Shown here piece by piece: positions 7,758-11,509 of a stretch of DNA of 11,509 bases; position 1 is the first letter of the stretch; each line of letters opens with the position of its first letter. Under the pieces are notes generated by a model. That model made no database searches. It saw only the letters and a list, made by a program, of their open reading frames with translations, and was not told the origin of the DNA. The position numbers were made by a program, and so were the translations under genes. Source of the DNA: a virus (taxonomy: Duplodnaviria; Heunggongvirae; Uroviricota; Caudoviricetes); the IMG/VR virus record IMGVR_UViG_2663763232_000007, positions 1-11,509 of that record; one strand, 5' to 3'.

Positions 7758-8783
7758 ATGACCATCAGAAAACAGCCGAACGGAAAGTGGTTATGTGAAT
7801 GCTACCCAAACGGAAGAGATGGCAAACGCGTACGCAAACAATTTGCGACGAAAGGCGAAGCCATTGCGTTTGAGAATTTCACCATGGATGAGGTAAACAA
7901 GAAACCTTGGCTGGGAGAAAAGGAAGATCGGCGACAACTGTCAGAAGTGATTGAGCAATGGTATTCCCTGTACGGTCAGACACTCGCTGACCCTAAGCGA
8001 TTAATGGCTAAGTTAAAAATCATTTGTAATGGACTTGGCGATCCCATCGCTTCTGAATTGACAGCAGGTGATTTCACAAAGTACCGGGAAGCCAGATTAA
8101 AAGGTGAGGTCAAAAACGAAGATGGCGTGCTCATGTCACCGGTTAAGCCCAGAACGGTGAACCTTGAACAGCGTAACCTATCCTCAGTTTTTGGCACACT
8201 GAAAAAGCTGGGGCATTGGTCTGCACCCAACCCCCTCGCCGGTCTGCCAACTTTCAAAATTGCAGAAGGTGAACTGGCGTTCCTTGCTGCTGATGAAATC
8301 AAACGCCTGCTTGACGCATGTGCTGAATCTCAAAGTCCCAGTCTGCTAATGATTGCCAAGATTTGCCTGGCTACCGGGGCAAGATGGAGCGAAGCCGAAA
8401 ACCTGCAAGGTAACCAGATATCAAAGTATCGAATTACCTATACCAAAACAAAAGGAAAGAAAAACCGAACTGTTCCTATTTCTCAGGAACTGTATGAAGA
8501 ATTACCCAAAAACAGAGGAAAGTTATTCACACCATGCCGAAAGGCTTTTGAGCGTGCGGTAAAACGAGCTGGAATTGAACTACCTGAAGGTCAATGTACC
8601 CACGTTCTGCGCCACACTTTCGCCAGTCACTTTATGATGAACGGCGGAAACATTTTGGTATTGAGGGATATTTTAGGACACGCTGATATTAAAATGACCA
8701 TGATTTATGCCCATTTTGCACCGGATCATCTGGAAGATGCCGTTACCAAAAATCCACTTCATAACCTCAACTGGCATCGCTAA
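7758..8783 (+). CDS. int: Tyrosine integrase, P2/186 family (341 aa)
   Basis: C-terminal catalytic region HVLRHTFASHF...LGHADIKMTMIYAHF (H-x-x-R and catalytic Tyr); size and position after cI match P2/186 Int; reads into the att site. Confidence 0.9.
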   Translation: MTIRKQPNGKWLCECYPNGRDGKRVRKQFATKGEAIAFENFTMDEVNKKPWLGEKEDRRQLSEVIEQWYSLYGQTLADPKRLMAKLKIICNGLGDPIASELTAGDFTKYREARLKGEVKNEDGVLMSPVKPRTVNLEQRNLSSVFGTLKKLGHWSAPNPLAGLPTFKIAEGELAFLAADEIKRLLDACAESQSPSLLMIAKICLATGARWSEAENLQGNQISKYRITYTKTKGKKNRTVPISQELYEELPKNRGKLFTPCRKAFERAVKRAGIELPEGQCTHVLRHTFASHFMMNGGNILVLRDILGHADIKMTMIYAHFAPDHLEDAVTKNPLHNLNWHR

Positions 8784-8788
8784 TAAAT

Positions 8789-8836
8789 GGCGGCACTTTG
8801 GCGGCAGAGCACTAAAAACAAGTAAAACAAGCAAAC
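8789..8836. repeat. Short direct repeats in the att arm (GGCGGCA x2; AAAACAAG x2), possible Int arm-type or host-factor sites
   Basis: GGCGGCA at 8789..8795 and 8800..8806; AAAACAAG at 8815..8822 and 8824..8831; AT-rich context between the int stop and the att core. Confidence 0.3.
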
Positions 8837-8900
8837 ACAGATTAACACTAACATCATGATTTAAAATGAAAAAATATGATTTCGTTAGTGTAAAAATGGT

Positions 8901-8944
8901 ATGTAGGAATTTCGGACGCGGGTTCAACTCCCGCCAGCCCACCA
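8901..8944 (+). ncRNA. ssrA: 3' terminal 44 nt of ssrA (tmRNA), T-arm and acceptor 3' strand ending in CCA; att core shared by the prophage and the downstream island. Not a complete tmRNA gene
   Basis: atgtaggaatttcggacgcgggttcaactcccgccagcccacca matches the 3' end of E. coli ssrA as I recall it (one position differs). Upstream sequence is the int 3' end and AT-rich arm, not the tmRNA body. Confidence 0.8.
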
Positions 8945-8991
8945 AAATTCTCCATCGGTGATTACCAGAGTCATCCGATGAAGTCCTAAGA

Positions 8992-9023
8992 GCCCGCACG
9001 GCGCAAGCCCTGCGGGCTTTTTT
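8992..9023 (+). terminator. Rho-independent terminator (ssrA terminator)
   Basis: gcccgca-cggcgcaagccc-tgcgggc followed by TTTTTT, 48 nt after the CCA end. Confidence 0.7.
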
Positions 9024-9078
9024 GTGCCCTCACTTTGTCCCGCGAAGTCCGAAGAGAACTAATTAAATCCGAACCTTT

Positions 9079-9128
9079 TAGGCCCATTGATAGGCCCAAC
9101 GAAAAGCTCTATTGTTTTCGTTGGGCCT
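9079..9128 (+). promoter_or_regulatory. Direct repeat TAGGCCCA x2 overlapping a perfect 14-bp stem / 9-nt loop hairpin in the intA upstream region
   Basis: TAGGCCCA at 9079..9086 and 9091..9098; stem aggcccaacgaaaa (9092..9105) pairs with ttttcgttgggcct (9115..9128); ends 20 nt before the intA ATG; no T tract follows. Confidence 0.35.
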
Positions 9129-9147
9129 AAACGCATGGAGACTCCCC

Positions 9148-10389
9148 ATGGCAAGAAAAACCAAGCCGTTAACCGATACGGAAATCAAAGCCGCCAAACC
9201 TAAAGATGCCGATTACCAGCTATATGATGGTGACGGGCTTACTCTGTTAATCAAGTCCAGTGGTAGTAAGCTCTGGCAATTCCGTTACTATCGACCTCTG
9301 ACAAAACAGCGAACCAAGCAAAGCTTCGGAGCCTACCCTGCTGTCTCCCTTTCTGATGCGCGTAAACTCAGAGCTGAATCTCGAGTTTTATTGGCGAAAG
9401 ACATTGATCCTCAGGAACATCAGAAAGAGCAGGTTAGAAATTCTCAAGAGGCTAAAACCAACACTTTCCTGTTAGTTGCCGAGCGTTGGTGGAATGTGAA
9501 GAAAGCCAGCGTAACAGAGGACTATGCCGATGATATCTGGCGCTCGCTTGAGAGAGATGTTTTCCCAGCAATCGGTGATATCAGTGTCACCGAGATTAAG
9601 GCTCATACTCTGGTTAAAGCAGTGCAGCCGGTTCAGGCCAGAGGTGCATTAGAGACTGTTCGCCGCCTTTGTCAGCGTATTAACGAAGTCATGATTTATG
9701 CTCAGAACACAGGCCTAATTGATGCTGTTCCCAGCGTTAACATCGGGAAAGCATTCGAGAAACCGCAGAAGAAAAACATGCCTAGTATCCGCCCGGATCA
9801 ACTTCCACAATTAATGCAGACTATGCGCACGGCAAGTATCAGCCTGTCCACACGATGCCTGTTCATGTGGCAACTTCTAACCATCACCCGCCCTGCCGAA
9901 GCTGCTGAGGCTCGATGGGATGAGATCGATTTCAATGCTAGCGAATGGAAAATTCCTGCAGCTCGAATGAAGATGAACCGGGACCATACGGTTCCACTAT
10001 CTGATGGGGCTCTTGCTATTCTGGAAATGATGAAGCCTCTCAGTGGTGGCCGAGAATTTATCTTTCCTAGCCGTATCAAGCCCAACCAACCAATGAATAG
10101 CCAAACAGTGAATGCAGCACTCAAGCGTGCTGGCTTAGGAGGTGTACTTGTTTCACACGGCTTGCGTTCTATCGCCAGTACGGCACTCAATGAGGAAGGA
10201 TTTCCACCTGATGTCATTGAAGCAGCGCTTGCTCATGTAGACAAAAATGAGGTGCGTCGCGCTTATAACCGCAGTGATTATCTTGAGCAACGTCGTCCGA
10301 TGATGCAATGGTGGGCTGATTTTGTAAAAGCAGCAGATAGCGGCAGTATCGTTAATAGTGGGGTTAGGGGAATACGGCTTGTGGGATGA
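9148..10389 (+). CDS. intA: Tyrosine integrase of the CP4-57 (IntA/SlpA, ssrA-targeting) type, 413 aa
   Basis: From ATG 9148 (GGAGA SD) the protein begins MARKTKPLTDTEIKAAKPKDADYQLYDGDGLTLLIK, matching CP4-57 IntA as I recall it; C-terminal HGLRS...RRAYNRSDY catalytic region. The track ORF starts 12 codons earlier at TTG. Confidence 0.85.
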   Translation: MARKTKPLTDTEIKAAKPKDADYQLYDGDGLTLLIKSSGSKLWQFRYYRPLTKQRTKQSFGAYPAVSLSDARKLRAESRVLLAKDIDPQEHQKEQVRNSQEAKTNTFLLVAERWWNVKKASVTEDYADDIWRSLERDVFPAIGDISVTEIKAHTLVKAVQPVQARGALETVRRLCQRINEVMIYAQNTGLIDAVPSVNIGKAFEKPQKKNMPSIRPDQLPQLMQTMRTASISLSTRCLFMWQLLTITRPAEAAEARWDEIDFNASEWKIPAARMKMNRDHTVPLSDGALAILEMMKPLSGGREFIFPSRIKPNQPMNSQTVNAALKRAGLGGVLVSHGLRSIASTALNEEGFPPDVIEAALAHVDKNEVRRAYNRSDYLEQRRPMMQWWADFVKAADSGSIVNSGVRGIRLVG

Positions 10390-10447
10390 ATCCTTTATCA
10401 GCACCCATAATGGGTGCTGATAATTCAACTATTAATAATACGGGCTT

Positions 10448-11326
10448 TTATCCTGTGACTTTCTTTTTTCTAGCAACTGTATTATCTAAAGCCAATTTGA
10501 TACTTTCAATATTTCTTGACCAGTTTTTAATAATGGTATCTTCCAAAGCATCTTGGCTCATTGTTGCGATACGATATTTTTTACTTTCATTATTAATGTC
10601 AAAATTTGACTCTTTAATAAAGTCCCACAAAGGATCAATGAGAGCATTTACCGCAGCTGCTTTACTTTTCCACCCACCTTCAGGAACAGATTCATTGATC
10701 AAATAAACAAGTTTATCTTGAATTACTCGATATACTTCCGCTTTACTGCTCCCACCTTGTTTTCCGGCTTTAGCTCTAACATGGGATAATTTTTTTTGAG
10801 CACATACAGAAACATGAAACCATGACATACCAATACATCTATCAAATAATTCAGAAGATTTAATGAATGCTTTAATAGCAACACACTCATTCTCTGACAT
10901 AACTGATTTTCCCCATTGATAAGACATCGAGGCAAAAAATAGATGTGATTTAAACACATCATTAATTAAAAAAGGATCCTGAATAAGATGAGAAAATGTT
11001 CCCCTGAAAATACGTGACTTTAACTCTTTCCAGCATTCCTGAACTGGATCATATAATTCAGCATATTCCTCTATTAATTGACCCACTCTGTCACCAGTAC
11101 AATATTTATACTCTTCATGAGATGGAGCACTATACAAAACCACACGTGTTCCTACCTTATCAGAATTCCAGAACTGATCTCGCATTTCGCTTAGTTCCTT
11201 CAGTATCGCAGGATAACTTTCGCTGAGCATATCAATGTATATGTCCCAATCACATTCGACCATCTGCCCAGAAAGACAAACCGATTTTTGACTAATTTCT
11301 TCGCAAAACTCAATCGCTGTCAACAT
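10448..11326 (-). CDS. Hypothetical protein (292 aa from the ATG), AT-rich orphan cargo gene next to intA
   Basis: Long ORF in roughly one-third G+C DNA, convergent with intA; ATG at 11326 (track ORF begins 6 codons earlier at TTG). No motif I recognise. Confidence 0.55.
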   Translation of the reverse strand: MLTAIEFCEEISQKSVCLSGQMVECDWDIYIDMLSESYPAILKELSEMRDQFWNSDKVGTRVVLYSAPSHEEYKYCTGDRVGQLIEEYAELYDPVQECWKELKSRIFRGTFSHLIQDPFLINDVFKSHLFFASMSYQWGKSVMSENECVAIKAFIKSSELFDRCIGMSWFHVSVCAQKKLSHVRAKAGKQGGSSKAEVYRVIQDKLVYLINESVPEGGWKSKAAAVNALIDPLWDFIKESNFDINNESKKYRIATMSQDALEDTIIKNWSRNIESIKLALDNTVARKKKVTG

Positions 11327-11509
11327 AAAAACACCAAATATCAATTAGTTAAGTGTTGTAAAAAATGTATTTTTGGTACGCGGATTTTTTGCATTAATGC
11401 TTGCCGCTAATCTTTCTACAACCAAAATGAACTAACGAGAGGCAATCAAGTGATCTTGACCCTCCATCTCCGAACAGCTTTTGTATCTTAAGTTAACGAT
11501 GTCCGCTGC

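Larger units (their letters stand above)
1..8944. mobile_element. Right arm of a 186/Fels-2-like (P2-family) temperate prophage, partial; runs off the left edge and ends at the att core
   Basis: Contiguous module typical of this family: RCR initiator A, Dam, apl-cII lytic operon opposed to cI-int, LexA-controlled DinI-like module, integrase reading into a tmRNA 3' end fragment. Gene order matches my recollection of coliphage 186 and Salmonella Fels-2. Confidence 0.8.
8901..11509. mobile_element. Left end of a CP4-57-like integrative element / genomic island inserted at ssrA, partial; runs off the right edge
   Basis: ssrA 3' end and terminator, then intA, then an AT-rich cargo gene; the same layout as ssrA-intA at the E. 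coli K-12 CP4-57 locus. Confidence 0.6.

Noticed and set aside
7294-8562. Minus-strand ORFs inside cI and int (7294..7527, 7491..7733, 7976..8302) and the nested + ORF 8353..8562
   Set aside because: Antisense or alternate-frame ORFs within well-supported repressor and integrase genes.
8784-8944. Possibility that a complete ssrA (tmRNA) gene is present
   Set aside because: Only the last 44 nt match tmRNA; the sequence upstream is the integrase 3' end and an AT-rich arm, so this is an att core, not a full gene.
8673-8999. Minus-strand 108-aa ORF spanning the int 3' end, att arm, ssrA fragment and terminator
   Set aside because: GTG-initiated frame running antisense through an RNA gene fragment and a terminator; a chance open frame.
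9798-10706. ORFs 9798..10217 -, 10153..10428 - and 10386..10706 +
   Set aside because: The first two are antisense to intA; the third is antisense to the 292-aa cargo gene and encodes a low-complexity hydrophobic peptide.
10723-11226. ORFs 10723..10962 - and 11014..11226 + within the 292-aa gene
   Set aside because: Nested alternate-frame or antisense ORFs in AT-rich DNA.
1-11509. CRISPR arrays, rRNA, complete tRNA genes, IS elements
   Set aside because: No regularly spaced repeat array, no rRNA-like sequence, no cloverleaf beyond the tmRNA 3' fragment, and no transposase-like ORF or terminal inverted repeats seen.

Overview
This window reads as the right (early/immunity) arm of a 186/Fels-2-like temperate prophage of the P2 family. 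It ends at an att core that is the last 44 nt of ssrA (tmRNA), which is followed directly by the integrase of a second, CP4-57-like integrative element. Left to right: (i) an AT-rich two-gene cargo operon on the + strand (47..1226) that probably continues beyond the left edge; (ii) a strong hairpin; (iii) on the - strand, a LexA-box-controlled two-gene module ending in a DinI-like protein (tum-like SOS module); (iv) the - strand early operon apl, cII, three small ORFs, a TraR/DksA-type zinc finger, a Dam methyltransferase and the rolling-circle replication initiator A, with stop/start overlaps; (v) a 119-bp switch region with direct repeats; (vi) cI repressor and P2-type integrase on the + strand; (vii) att arm repeats, the ssrA 3' fragment and its terminator; (viii) an intA-like integrase and a 292-aa AT-rich orphan gene on the - strand. 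No rRNA, complete tRNA or CRISPR array is present. The best candidates for an undescribed system are the cargo operon at 47..1226, which sits where P2 carries old/tin, and the orphan gene beside intA. All homology calls come from reading the supplied translations and recognising motifs from memory; no database search was run. The ORF track shows GTG/TTG starts as M, so starts were re-chosen where an ATG with a Shine-Dalgarno was evident.
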